From positions 17,166 to 49,165 of the forward strand of contig CAWEUH010000057.1 in the NCBI GenBank assembly GCA_963811985.1: a stretch of DNA of 32,000 nucleotides. The letters are read 5' to 3'. Shown here in pieces: positions 17,749-25,075 of this stretch. The stretch's first letter is position 1; each line of letters starts with the position of its first letter. The notes below the pieces were generated by a model. It made no database searches, had not been told where the DNA came from, and saw only the letters and a list, made by a program, of their open reading frames with translations. The translations under genes were made by a program, and so were the position numbers. Origin of the DNA: an uncultured delta proteobacterium. Its GTDB lineage: Bacteria; Myxococcota_A; Polyangia; Polyangiales; Polyangiaceae.

Positions 17749-18114
17749 TTGGCTATGCGCCCGAGCGACCATCCAGCTCTGCATCGGCTGCTCACTGACT
17801 ATCGGGCGCGGTTGAACGCCAAGTTTGGCAGCCGCTTGCTCGAGCTCAGACTGTTCGGCTCGTACGCGCGTGGCACGGCGCACGAGGGCTCGGATGTAGA
17901 TGTTGCCGTGGTTCTCGATCGAGTGGAATCACACGCTGAGCGAGTCTACCCCATGCAATTGGCCGGTGATCTGACAATCGAGCATGGTCTTGTCATCGTC
18001 CCAATCGTATTGTCCAAGCAGGAGCTCGAGTTTTTGCGCGAACGCGAGGAACTATTGGCCGAGAACCTGGACCGAGAAGGCATCGCGATATTACGAATGA
18101 AAACGCGCTTCTAG
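17749..18114 (+). CDS. Minimal nucleotidyltransferase (MNT/MntA-type antitoxin of HEPN-MNT modules)
   Basis: 121-aa ORF (TTG 17749; ATG 17755 is an alternative). LFGSYARGTAHEGSDVDVAVVL is the G-S-x(n)-D-x-D polymerase-beta-type NTase motif. Confidence 0.85.
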   Translation: MAMRPSDHPALHRLLTDYRARLNAKFGSRLLELRLFGSYARGTAHEGSDVDVAVVLDRVESHAERVYPMQLAGDLTIEHGLVIVPIVLSKQELEFLREREELLAENLDREGIAILRMKTRF

Positions 18115-18176
18115 ACGCAAGAGCGGAGCTGCAAAAGGCGCACGCTGCGTTACGCGCCGCGCAAGCGCTAGCGGAC

Positions 18177-18500
18177 TTGGCGTTATTCGACGACTCGGCC
18201 AGCCGCCTCTACTATGCTGCATTTCATCTGGTGAGTGCCGCGCTCGTGGCACTGGGTATTCAGGCACAAACCCACGCGGGCGTCGCTACGTTGCTCGGCC
18301 AACACCTGGTCAAACCCGGCTTGTTGCCTGCTAGCGTCAGTCACGATTTGGCAGCGTTGCACGGTCTGCGGGGCCAAGCTGATTACAACCGTCACTTCGC
18401 ACTCGATGCCGAGGCAATCGCGGAAGAGATGGCGAGAACGACGAGGATGTTCACAGCCGTCGAAGCGTTTCTGGCGTCGCGCGGGGTCACTGCGTCGTAG
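18177..18500 (+). CDS. HEPN domain protein (HepT-type toxin partner of the MNT)
   Basis: 107-aa ORF directly downstream of the MNT gene. All-helical, with YYAAFHLVSAAL and LRGQADYNRH (R-x-n-H-type motif). The frame is open and HEPN-like further upstream (NENALLDARAELQKAHAALRAAQALADL) but lacks a canonical start, so the 5' end is uncertain. Confidence 0.8.
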   Translation: MALFDDSASRLYYAAFHLVSAALVALGIQAQTHAGVATLLGQHLVKPGLLPASVSHDLAALHGLRGQADYNRHFALDAEAIAEEMARTTRMFTAVEAFLASRGVTAS

Positions 18501-18564
18501 CCGGTGCCACAATTACCTCCGACCGGCTTGAATTGCGTCCAAATTCGCGCGATACTAAAGATCC

Positions 18565-18819
18565 GTGAATCGATTGGTGCGTTCCGCCAGTAGCCACGAA
18601 GAAGCCGCAGTGCTGGATCGAGAGGATTTGGCGCGCCTAACGTTCGAAGAGCGCATCTCCGCCGTCGAGCGAATGCGAAAGGTTTGGTTCCGTGAAGATC
18701 GAGCTCAACCCGGATTGGAGCGAGTTCTTGAGGTTACTGATCTCGCATCGCGTAAAGTTCATGATCGTCGGCGGCCACGCTGTCGCCGGTTACGGCCAGC
18801 GGCGGGCCAACGCGGCTGA
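18565..18819 (+). CDS. Small hypothetical ORF (possible antitoxin-like partner of the truncated gene that follows)
   Basis: 84-aa ORF with a GTG start. The first ~55 aa (HEEAAVLDREDLARLTFEERISAVERMRKVWFREDRAQPGLERVLEV) look protein-like. The Arg-rich tail overlaps the next reading frame and is probably not native. Confidence 0.35.
   Translation: MNRLVRSASSHEEAAVLDREDLARLTFEERISAVERMRKVWFREDRAQPGLERVLEVTDLASRKVHDRRRPRCRRLRPAAGQRG
18692..18805 (+). pseudogene. 5' fragment of a nucleotidyltransferase-fold (DUF6036/AbiEii-like) gene
   Basis: GTG 18692 gives KIELNPDWSEFLRLLISHRVKFMIVGGHAVAGYGQRR, which resembles the N-terminus of that family (..V.FLLVGGYA...G.PR). The similarity stops after ~37 aa, where the opposite-strand gene ends. 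Confidence 0.4.
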
Positions 18820-19239
18820 GACCTTTTTGCCGAGAATCCGCGGGCTGCGCAGGCTTTCGGCCGCCAGCTCTTGCGTGTCGTCGTCAGCCGCTGCAACTTG
18901 TGGCTCCTGCAACGGTTTGACGAAGAAGGTCGGCTTCTGAAGTTCACCGTGACGCGCCAATATCCGCGCATCGGAGTCACTCAATGAGGAGGCGACGACG
19001 ACGGCGTCGAACAACGCATAGGCTCGCAGCAGCTCTACGGCCAGTGAACCGTCACGCGCCGAAACAACCGCATCGATCCCGGCAAAGGACAGAGAACGAC
19101 GGCATGATGCATCGGTGAGGGGGTCACACCCGACTAGCAGAACTGCGGTACGCTTGACTGCCGGTGGTAGATTCAATTCGCATCGTGCGGGCGGACACGT
19201 CGGATCGATCGCGCGGGGAGCGAGTGAGAATTCGAACAT
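18790..19239 (-). CDS. Receiver-like (CheY-fold) single-domain protein with a non-canonical acidic pocket
   Basis: In-frame ATG 19239 within ORF 18790..19539. AVLLVGCDP (beta1), DGSLAVELL, FDAVVVASSLSDSDA (beta3) and TFFVKPL (the K-P motif of beta5) follow the receiver-domain order. Confidence 0.45.
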   Translation of the reverse strand: MFEFSLAPRAIDPTCPPARCELNLPPAVKRTAVLLVGCDPLTDASCRRSLSFAGIDAVVSARDGSLAVELLRAYALFDAVVVASSLSDSDARILARHGELQKPTFFVKPLQEPQVAAADDDTQELAAESLRSPRILGKKVSAALARRWP

Positions 19240-19277
19240 TATACTGGCCTTTCGTGCTTTCGCTTGGGCGGGCTCTG

Positions 19278-19805
19278 CTAGGATACGGGACGAGGCCGCG
19301 CCGAGACGTGCTCGGGGAGTAGGCCAAGTCGCTTGGAAACGAGTGCGCAGTCCTCGTAGTCGAGAATAATGACGTCCGCGCTGGTAGCTACGGGGCGAGC
19401 AGCGTATGGACGATCCCGATGATGCAAGGGCGGGCAGGACAAGTACGACCACGCCAGGATCCCAGGGAAATACGGGGAAACCTGACCCTTTCGGCGTGCT
19501 TGCGCCCTTGGCCTTAGTGACGCTTCCACTGGACGGCACGGGGTTCTTGAATGCACACGCTCGTGAATCGGATTGGGTTGCTGGCGAGGCGTTGCCCCGC
19601 GCTCGACTATGCCAATTCGTTTCCGAGGCGGCCTGAAAAACAACGAGATGCTCGAACCTAACGTCAGCAGGGTAACGATCGCACCGGTGAGTTCACCGAC
19701 TGTGAACGGGACCGATGCTTGAGTTCCCCACACATCCGTGGCCACCAGAACAGCACCGCTGCTGAGCAAGAAGGCCGTTACGACCCCGCGTATTTCCATA
19801 CCCAC
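19278..19805 (-). CDS. Hypothetical; the N-terminal ~60 aa look like a two-TM membrane peptide, the rest is doubtful
   Basis: ORF track 175 aa. MEIRGVVTAFLLSSGAVLVATDVW...LTGAIVTLLTLGSSISLFF forms two hydrophobic helices. The downstream part is Arg/Pro-rich and overlaps another open frame. Confidence 0.3.
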   Translation of the reverse strand: MGMEIRGVVTAFLLSSGAVLVATDVWGTQASVPFTVGELTGAIVTLLTLGSSISLFFRPPRKRIGIVERGATPRQQPNPIHERVHSRTPCRPVEASLRPRAQARRKGQVSPYFPGILAWSYLSCPPLHHRDRPYAARPVATSADVIILDYEDCALVSKRLGLLPEHVSARPRPVS

Positions 19806-20203
19806 GATTCAGCAAGGACTGGGCCAACGCCCCCGATAGGCGCTCATCTCCAGTTCCGCATGTGATTCTTGTCGCACTTTTGGGCGGGGTGACACTTACT
19901 GTCGCAGCTCGCGACACACTGCGACCAAAATCGTCACTCCATTTCGATCTGACTAGAACACATGAGTCGGCCAGATCGATCTCGTCATCGGGGACGCCAT
20001 TGATCAAGGCGGCCTAGGTAGTCCGAGGTCAGAGTGCAGCGTGCAGCGTCAGCGTGGAACGCGGTGAGCGGTGCGGGGCGCGCGGTGCGGGTTGGGCGGT
20101 GCGTTGATTTGCGCGCATCACCTCCCACCACGCGCCGCTCCACCCCCAACCCTCGGCGCGCTGACCTGCACCCTGCACTCTGATCACAAGGCCTGCGGCC
20201 GGC

Positions 20204-20231
20204 TCGACACGATTCAAATCTCCGCTACAAT
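20204..20231 (+). promoter_or_regulatory. Sigma70-type promoter candidate for ssrA
   Basis: TCGACA (20204-20209), 16 nt, TACAAT (20226-20231). This places a transcription start about 30 nt upstream of the mature tmRNA 5' end, consistent with RNase P processing of a leader. Confidence 0.5.
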
Positions 20232-20268
20232 CAGGCCACCTGGTTGATTCAGGCAATCCCAAATGCTT

Positions 20269-20615
20269 GGGGGCGATCGGTTTCGACGTGGGGACTGAAC
20301 GTTGGCTTGCGTGCGGTGGGCTCCCAGACCACTTCAAAAATGGGACGTATTAATTGCGAACGATAATGCAATCGCTCTGGCGGCCTAAGAAACCATAGAG
20401 CCGTCCGACCGTGAGATTGTCTTGGTAGCGGAAGGGCGTCAGCACTAAGGCTGGGCCGGCGACGTGGCCTCCGTCGTCGCCAGCTGAGAAAAGTCGGAGG
20501 CTAGGTGGTGACCGAATTCACCAACTCAGTCGCCAGGGATATGGCGACTATGCACGTGAATGAGGGTCGATGGGATGCCTTGCGGACCGGGGTTCGATTC
20601 CCCGCGCCTCCACCA
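20269..20615 (+). ncRNA. ssrA: tmRNA (transfer-messenger RNA)
   Basis: The 5' GGGGGCGATCGGTTTCGACG pairs with the 3' CGCCTCC-ACCA, including the G3:U wobble that is the alanine identity element. T-arm CGGGG-TTCGATT-CCCCG. Internal tag ORF at 20356-20388: GCG AAC GAT AAT GCA ATC GCT CTG GCG GCC TAA = ANDNAIALAA. Length 347 nt. Confidence 0.93.
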
Positions 20616-21362
20616 ATGAAATGAATTCGAACCTTCTTCCGCAACGAGGAGGTTCAAACTATCGACGTTGCACCGGACCTTGAAATAAGGACGCCCCACT
20701 TCAGGCTTTTCTGGAGTGAGCGTCACGGGACCGGTGAGTCGTCTCAGGGCCAACGCTGACTTCTCTGTCCGCTTGGCTAGGAGCTCGTTCAGGTTCTTCA
20801 GGCGATCGGCAATCCAGGCACGAGGCGGCGGCGTAAACGCTTCAGCTGTCGCATGTGTCATGCTCTCAACGTCAGTCTTGAGCGTCTTCACCTGCTTCTC
20901 GGCTTCAGCCAGGGCGTCCGAGAGCGCTCCAGTTGCCCGGCCGCTGGCGATGAACTCAATGAAGTTATGAACGCGAGTCTCTGCGCGGTTGAGCTCCAGT
21001 CTCTTCAATCGGAGCTCCTCGGGCACATGCGCAAACTGCTCTTTGATCTTCTCAGCGGTCCGTTCGTAGATGGCCGCGAGCACTTCAGGCTTGAGTACCT
21101 CGTCATTCAGAGTCGCAAGAAACTTCTCCTCAAGGCGCCTACGCGCAATCAGTACTCTGTTATCACAGGCGTGCCGCGACGCGTTCAGGCAACCGTAGTA
21201 ACCGGCACCTTTTCCGCTCACCAGGCCGATGGCGCCTCCGCAATTCCCGCATTTCAAAGCGCCTGACAGCAAATGCGTCGGGTGTGAGACAACGTAGCTC
21301 TTTCGCTGGCCCTCAAAGCCTCGCATTCCACTGCCGCTCGGGCTCGGAACTAGCCCATCCAA
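20526..21362 (-). pseudogene. Large serine recombinase, C-terminal fragment only (zinc beta-ribbon plus coiled coil; resolvase catalytic domain missing)
   Basis: HLLSGALKCGNCGGAIGLVSGKGAGYYGCLNASRHACDNRVLIARRRLEEKFL is the recombinase zinc-ribbon pattern, followed by a coiled-coil region. No N-terminal Ser-catalytic or recombinase domain is present. The last 30 codons (..WWRRGESNPGPQ..) are merely the antisense of the ssrA 3' end. Confidence 0.75.
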
Positions 21363-22002
21363 CCCGAAGGTAAAACGTCCCCTCCGGCGGCAGCACCGCG
21401 TGGCCAGCCTTCGTCAACGCCTCGCCGAGCGCGTCGCGGCGACGTTCGAGCGCTCGAACGTCGATCGACAAACCTTCAACGTGGGGAACGGCATTTTGCA
21501 TGACGGCGTTCGGAAAGCACCAGCCAAGCGCCATCTGGGTCGAGTACATCGCATCGCGGAGCAGCTGACGGTCCACGGTTGGCATCGTCGGCGCAATCGC
21601 CAGGTACCCGAGGCGTTGCCCAGGCGCGAGCAGGACTTTGCCATAGCTATACGAGATGAGCGTCCAGGGATAGAGAGCCGCTGGGCTGACGAAGTCGCGG
21701 CCGTCGAGACGCAGGCGGCGATAGGGCTCGTCCGACAACAGGAAGATATGGCGACCGATCCGGCGCGAGGCGCGCTCCGAGAGCTCTGCGCCGCTGGGCA
21801 TGCTCGAGAAGGTGCGTTGGGAGTCGCCGACCCCGCCTGCCCAATTAACTAACCCAAGATCTACGTAACACACTCGTGCCGGCGACATATGTCTCGATAG
21901 AACCTCGGCCAATGCGACTTTAGCCAGGCATTCCAAGCTTTCAAAAGGGCGCGCTGCGCTTGGGACAATCTGACAATCAGGCGACGCGGGAGTATGTGAC
22001 AT
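21313..22002 (-). pseudogene. Class I/II PLP-dependent aminotransferase, internal fragment
   Basis: IFLLSDEPYRRLRLDG...LISYSYGKVLLAPGQRLGYLAIAP (S-x-S-K/PLP-lysine block followed by R-x-G-Y) and LPPEGTFYLRV are aminotransferase motifs. The ~130 N-terminal residues (including N-P-x-N-P-T-G) and the C-terminal ~60 residues are absent. The 3' end abuts the recombinase fragment. Confidence 0.65.
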
Positions 22003-22330
22003 GATTCCAAGAAACGACAATCTCAGACTTCGGCCTCGTTTTTCCCTTAGAAGCGCACTCTCACGCCGAACAATCCTTGCGGTCTGCGCGATTGCGTTGT
22101 CGCTTGTGGCCTGCGCGAATCGAAAGAGCGCCGATGATGTCAATGTAAAGGGTGGTTCGTTATCAGCTAAGCTCACGGCCGCCCCGGTAGATGCGGAACA
22201 CTCGGCGTCAACCTCTGGAGCCATTGCCGCCAATTCGGGAGCGCCGGGCACGGGCACCCCCGCCGCACGCACTATCAAGAGCTGCCCTTTGCCCCCGCCA
22301 GGAGCCAAGCCTGCCTGTAGCAGGACTTAG
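22001..22330 (+). CDS. Small putative lipoprotein
   Basis: 109-aa ORF with signal peptide plus lipobox RRTILAVCAIALSLVAC. It lies antisense to the non-homologous 5' extension of ORF 21313..22308, so only one of the two can be real. Confidence 0.4.
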   Translation: MIPRNDNLRLRPRFSLRSALSRRTILAVCAIALSLVACANRKSADDVNVKGGSLSAKLTAAPVDAEHSASTSGAIAANSGAPGTGTPAARTIKSCPLPPPGAKPACSRT

Positions 22331-22662
22331 CAAAACAGTAGTTTGCCCTTCTGAAGGTAAGACCGCCTGTATGTGCGACTTGCGATTTCGTTACGATATG
22401 CGTCACAAAAAGATCTCACCTCATGATTCTTGGGGTCTGCCAACCGCGGATTCGTCTTCCCGGGAACAAGCCGCAAGAATTCTCGCTAGCGGCGTAACAC
22501 TTCACGGCCTTTGCCATATGCCCATCTTGACCGCGCCCCTTTGGTGGGCGCGACAGAGCACACACGCGTTGCGTCTGCGATCGGGGCATTGGTGCATTGA
22601 ACGCTGGCGCGAAGCGTGGGGCTTGATGGCATGCTGTGTGTTTAACGATTGAGAGGGATATT

Positions 22663-24972
22663 ATGCGGTTCAACTCATTGAGTACGTTTGGCTTGTTTGG
22701 GTCTCTGTCCATATTGGCCTGTTCGAGCAACAATCCTGGGCCTTCCGATAACGGAACCAGTGGCGGCATGACCGGTGCCCCGACTGGAGGTGCCATGACA
22801 ACCGGCGGCATGTCAAACATGGCTGGTGCGTCGAGTCTGGCGAGCACCGGTGGAGTGATGTCTACAGGCGGCGTACCAAACACCGGTGGGATGATGACGA
22901 GCGGCGGGATGTCCACCTCGGGTGGCATGATGGCAACCGGTGGCATGATGGCAACCGGTGGCATGATGGCAACCGGTGGCATGATGGCAACCGGTGGCAT
23001 GATGGCAACTGGTGGCATGATGGCAACCGGTGGCATGATGGCAACCGGTGGCATGATGATGACCACTGGAGGCATGACGAATGCAGGCGGCATGACGGCG
23101 GCCGGCGGCATGTCCACTGTAGCTGGCATGCCGAGTATGGGTGGCATGAGCGGCGTCACAAACTTCAAGTTGCGCATCGAAAACACGTCAACCAATTCGG
23201 CGCTTCCAACGTTGGTGGCACCCGGTGCTTATGCCGTCGTAAGCGGAACGACCAAGCCATTTACAAGCGATATGATTGCTTCCGCGGGCCTTGAGAAGGC
23301 TGCGGAGGATGCCAACCCTGCGATGCTTGCTGCAGAAATCATGGGCGCGCAGGGCGTTGCTGCGTCAGGCATTTTCAACGTTCCCGTTGGGGCGAGTTCT
23401 GCGGGACCCCTGAATCCTGGCGATGCGTATGAATTCACCTTCAGTGCAACGCCCGGCCAGACCTTGCACTTTGCGTCCATGTTCGGACAATCCAATGATA
23501 CCTATTTCAGCGCGGCTTCGGGCATAACGTTGTTTGACGGCACCAACAGCCCTGTAAGCGGAGACGTCACATCGGTTATCTCGCTTTGGGATGCAGGCAC
23601 CGAACGCAATGAAGCTCCCGGAATGGGCCCCAATCAGGCGCCGCGGCAACCCGCACCCAACACGGGTCCCACCGAAGCGGGCGTATCTTTGCGGACGGAC
23701 GGCACGCGCTCGATCCCAATCCCGAGTGCATTGGTTAACGTAAGCGTGTCCCTGACGGGCAGCGCCTACACCGTGACGCTAACAAACAAATCAGACAAAG
23801 GGCCGCTCATGAGCCCGCTTTCGCCTGCATTTTACGCGTTACACAATTCCGCCTATCACTACTTCACCGCCGGGGCCGCGGCCTCCGCTGGCCTTGAGCG
23901 GCTTGCGGAAGAAGGCAACACGTCCGTTTTGGTCACCGAAGCCAACGCCGCAGGCGCCGTAGCCGCAACGGCGGGCACTGCCGCTTATGGTCCGGGCGCA
24001 TCGGTCATGTTCACCGTGACTCCGAGCAGTGCCATGCCGTTATTGAGTATGGCCATGATGATCGGTCAAACGAATGATGTTTTTATCGGCACGCGCCCGC
24101 AAGGTGTCCCCCTTCTCGACACCGCCAGCATGCCGCGAGCAGCCGCCGACGTGCAAAAGGACATTATGAACCTGTTGGCAGTCTGGGACGCAGGAACCGA
24201 GGCCAACGAAGTGCCTGGCGTCGGCCCCAACCAAGCGCCGCGACAACCAGCCGCCAATACGGGCCCGGCCGATCCAATCAATATGGTGCGCCTTTATGCC
24301 GACAGCACCAATGATCTGGCTCATTTGTCCGGTTTCGTGAACGTCATGACCACCCACGGCATGGGGTCGAGCTTTAGCGTAACGGTCTCGAATACGAGCA
24401 GCGGCAGCACATTCCCGCTCATCATGTCACCGGTCGCGTGGGCCGTGCACGGCGACTCATTTACTTCGTTTGCGCTCGGGGCACCCGCGTCGCCTGGCCT
24501 CGAGCATCTGGCGGAAGACGGTGCTTCAACGACCTTGCTCGCCGAATGGGGCGCTGACAGCATGGTAAGCGGTTCAGGTGTCGCAGGAACGGCGCCGTTC
24601 AGCGGCGGCAATTCGGTGACCTTCCAAGCAACTCCGGATTCAACGCACCGATACTTGAGCCTCGAGGCGATGCTCGTGCCGTCCAATGACACGTTCGCGG
24701 CGCTCGGACCCATGGGAATTGCATTGCTGGATACCTCGGGCAATCCGCGCAGTGACAGCGATATCGCGGCGGATGTCATGACGAATTTAGCTGCCTATGA
24801 GTCAGGGACAGAAGCCAATCAGGGCAGCGCCCTGGGCCCAGACATGGCACCGTACCAATCCGCACCCAACACCGGCGCAAACGAAGGGTCCGGAAGAGTA
24901 CGACCTATCGACGGAGTCTGGCCGTTCCCCGCGGTGCCGCAGGTGCTCAAAGTCACGCTAACGCCCCTGTGA
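22663..24972 (+). CDS. Lipoprotein with a Met/Gly-rich repeat tract and three tandem spondin_N-like domains
   Basis: ORF 22636..24972. Start set at ATG 22663, preceded by GAGAGGGA. MRFNSLSTFGLFGSLSILAC is a signal peptide plus lipobox. ORF residues ~43-171 carry ~31 Met in GGM/GGMM motifs. Three ~190-aa repeats follow (approx 23155-23703, 23725-24303, 24328-24969), each with ..GLE.LAE(D/E)G.., ..SND.F.. and WDAGTE.NE.PG.GPNQAPRQPA.NTGP (degenerate in the third). Confidence 0.9.
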   Translation: MRFNSLSTFGLFGSLSILACSSNNPGPSDNGTSGGMTGAPTGGAMTTGGMSNMAGASSLASTGGVMSTGGVPNTGGMMTSGGMSTSGGMMATGGMMATGGMMATGGMMATGGMMATGGMMATGGMMATGGMMMTTGGMTNAGGMTAAGGMSTVAGMPSMGGMSGVTNFKLRIENTSTNSALPTLVAPGAYAVVSGTTKPFTSDMIASAGLEKAAEDANPAMLAAEIMGAQGVAASGIFNVPVGASSAGPLNPGDAYEFTFSATPGQTLHFASMFGQSNDTYFSAASGITLFDGTNSPVSGDVTSVISLWDAGTERNEAPGMGPNQAPRQPAPNTGPTEAGVSLRTDGTRSIPIPSALVNVSVSLTGSAYTVTLTNKSDKGPLMSPLSPAFYALHNSAYHYFTAGAAASAGLERLAEEGNTSVLVTEANAAGAVAATAGTAAYGPGASVMFTVTPSSAMPLLSMAMMIGQTNDVFIGTRPQGVPLLDTASMPRAAADVQKDIMNLLAVWDAGTEANEVPGVGPNQAPRQPAANTGPADPINMVRLYADSTNDLAHLSGFVNVMTTHGMGSSFSVTVSNTSSGSTFPLIMSPVAWAVHGDSFTSFALGAPASPGLEHLAEDGASTTLLAEWGADSMVSGSGVAGTAPFSGGNSVTFQATPDSTHRYLSLEAMLVPSNDTFAALGPMGIALLDTSGNPRSDSDIAADVMTNLAAYESGTEANQGSALGPDMAPYQSAPNTGANEGSGRVRPIDGVWPFPAVPQVLKVTLTPL
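22921..23046 (+). repeat. Seven head-to-tail copies of an 18-bp unit (ggtggcatgatggcaacc) encoding (GGMMAT)7
   Basis: Six units are identical and one (22993-23010) differs by a synonymous C>T. An eighth, degenerate unit follows (ggtggcatgatgatgacc). Confidence 0.95.
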
Positions 24973-24993
24973 TCGCGTCCGAGACAAGCCGGT

Positions 24994-25031
24994 CAAGTGC
25001 CGAGGGCATGCCCCTCGGCGCTTGGCTTTTT
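24994..25031 (+). terminator. Rho-independent terminator of the spondin-like gene
   Basis: 13-bp stem caagtgccgaggg / ccctcggcgcttg (one G:U pair), loop catgc, then gcTTTTTg. Begins 22 nt after the stop codon. Confidence 0.65.
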
Positions 25032-25075
25032 GTGACCATCGAACAGTCTGACGGCGCAGGCTGGCAGAGGTCCAG

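Noticed and set aside
20037-20110. Low-complexity gtgcagc / gcggtgcgg reiterations upstream of ssrA
   Set aside because: It is imperfect, shows no regular periodicity, and fits GC-skewed simple sequence. No function can be argued.
20029-20337. 102-aa minus-strand ORF
   Set aside because: It overlaps the ssrA promoter region and the 5' part of the tmRNA. It is a shadow of GC-rich DNA.
22921-23046. Possible CRISPR array, because of the regularly spaced identical repeats
   Set aside because: The repeats are contiguous with no spacers, only 18 bp long, and in frame within a coding sequence.
22416-23195. 259-aa minus-strand ORF (MPPVAIMPPVAI...) and the nested 22862..23044 ORF
   Set aside because: These are antisense shadows of the Met/Gly repeat. 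Their periodicity simply mirrors the 18-bp unit. The plus-strand frame has a signal peptide, an SD and recognisable downstream domains.
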